A DNA stretch of 64,000 nt from the NCBI GenBank assembly GCA_965644295.1, contig CBFFRP010000080.1, positions 62,001 through 126,000 on the forward strand, written 5' to 3'. Shown in pieces: positions 62,534-64,000 of this stretch. Origin of the DNA: Paraphysomonas bandaiensis. Taxonomy: Eukaryota; Protista; Chrysophyceae. A program made the translations under genes and the position numbers. The notes beneath the pieces are model-generated. The model saw only the letters and a list, made by a program, of their open reading frames with translations. It did not search any database and was not told the origin of the DNA. The stretch's first letter is position 1; the number at the start of each line of letters is the position of its first letter.

Positions 62534-62596
62534 CGCTCCATTCGCTCTGTAGCCTGCCAGCCAAACAAAATTCCGTAATCAACATACTGGAATGTG

Positions 62597-62738
62597 TATG
62601 TATGTATGTATGTATGTATGTATGTATGTATGTATGTATGTATGTATGTATGTATGTATGTATGTATGTATGTATGTATGTATGTATGTATGTATGTATG
62701 TATGTATGTATGTATGTATGTATGTATGTATGTATGTA
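62597..62738. repeat. (TATG)n microsatellite
   Basis: Directly visible, about 35 perfect units. Confidence 0.99.
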
Positions 62739-62940
62739 TCACATACTGCAAACAAATGCAATATCCAAAAAAACAAAAGGTGGGACAAATATAGACTCGA
62801 ATATAGACTACGTAGTATATACGTAGTACGAAGTAGAATATAACATGCATTTGAAACACGCACTGAACTATTCACTATTCTCCTTGAACATGGCAGCCGT
62901 TAGTGGCATATATCACTATTCGACCATAGTTACTGTAAAC

Positions 62941-63790
62941 ATGAGTGAGACAGATTCAGACAGGGAGGAAGAGTTACCTCAAAGGGGAAGAGGAAGTGGC
63001 CATAAACGCCGACAGCGTGTTGTCTCTGTTGACTCCAATGCTGATAATATATCTGACTATAAGAATTAACGAACTAAAGCAGGTATGAAAGCAGCATACA
63101 AGCAAAGGTTGGCCATATTGCAGCGTGGTGTAAAACAGAGTACCATGAAGCTCTGATGATGATGAAAATTTGAAGAATCCATTCCCGAAAGGCATCTGTC
63201 TTGATTTCTGCGGCCATCTGTTCACACCGGCTCACGAAAGAGGGAAGCTAAGGACCCCAGATGACATTCGAGAAGGTGAACCTGCCCCCCCCTAGTGTAT
63301 CCCACACTAAGGGATATAGAAGCTCCATCGTCGACATATATACCTAAAGAAAAGTGAAGCTGGACGTGGACTTAGACGTAGACCTACGGCTGGCGATAGA
63401 TGGCTACGAGAAACACATCAATGAGCTGAAGAAGAAAGGACTCATGAAAGCAGAAGGGGGAAAAAGTCCATTAAAATTGAATGGCTATAAAATTTTAGCG
63501 ACGAAAATGATGCTGATGGTTCCCTGTGCCATTGCATGCAGTTGGTCCTATATGTTGTTCATGTGGGCATATTTTGTTCTGATGTGGAATTTGATGAATA
63601 GATCTGATTTAGTAGCTCATTGATGATTGAACTTTTTGACTGGAAAGGTGATGCAATGCTTGTTCAAGAGCAAGGACACAAAGCGGACAAAAAACTTTGT
63701 AACTAGAATCACCCGTTACGCCTACGAGTTGACTTCACCTATTGTACACAAAATAGTTCAGTTGTTGGCCCAAAATAACAAACGAAAAGT
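62941..63790 (+). pseudogene. Crypton-like tyrosine recombinase remnant
   Basis: GYEKHINELKKKG..GKSPLKLNGYKILA..WAYFVLMWNLMNRS and FDWKGDAMLV resemble the N-terminal part of stramenopile Crypton recombinases. Stops and frameshifts are present. Family call is from memory. Confidence 0.55.
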
Positions 63791-63998
63791 TGAAATACCT
63801 ACACAAATGACACTTATTAGTGGGTAGATATGAGTGATTTCACCCTTGGGCCACACAAGCATTCGGCTATATGAGAGGTAGAAAATTATCTGCAAGTCAC
63901 GTTAGATTCCCGAAGAAATATCTCCACTTTAATAGATTCCCGGTACTTATCCCCCAGAACACCACAAAAAGTTGCGAGTCCGACTTTGTTGAGGACAC
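63790..63998 (-). mobile_element. Head fragment of the SINE-like element
   Basis: cccagaacaccacaaaaagttgcgagtccgactttgttgaggacac and acacaaatgacactt match 47835-47996. Confidence 0.75.
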
Positions 63999-64000
63999 CG

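Noticed and set aside
62500-62875. ORFs with MYVC/YIHT repeats
   Set aside because: Translation of the (TATG)n microsatellite.

Overview
Eukaryotic genomic DNA, not prokaryotic. Genes have very short GT-AG introns (about 45-55 nt) and the transposon types suggest a stramenopile; that taxon call is inference. About 15 host genes are present, mostly as head-to-head pairs separated by AT-rich, transposon-filled gaps: SPX-EXS phosphate exporter, class I methyltransferase, disordered SILK/RVxF protein, 7TM receptor, NDUFAF7, Aurora kinase, Cys-rich membrane protein, heme peroxidase-ankyrin fusion, DHHC palmitoyltransferase, TFxP-repeat protein, EH-PX-BAR sorting nexin, UTP15, UBZ protein, acetyl-CoA synthetase and an Aim32/Apd1-like ferredoxin. 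Mobile DNA includes a young Copia element with identical LTRs, a decayed piggyBac with a nested hAT element, and LTR and Crypton-like remnants. The stand-out is an intact, TSD-bounded non-LTR retrotransposon (4288-10576) whose single ORF fuses a SET lysine-methyltransferase domain to APE-RT-RNase H-zinc finger. It is accompanied by a family of ~470-bp non-autonomous elements that share its 3' tail and carry a head that does not look tRNA-derived. All calls were made by eye from motifs; no database search was run.
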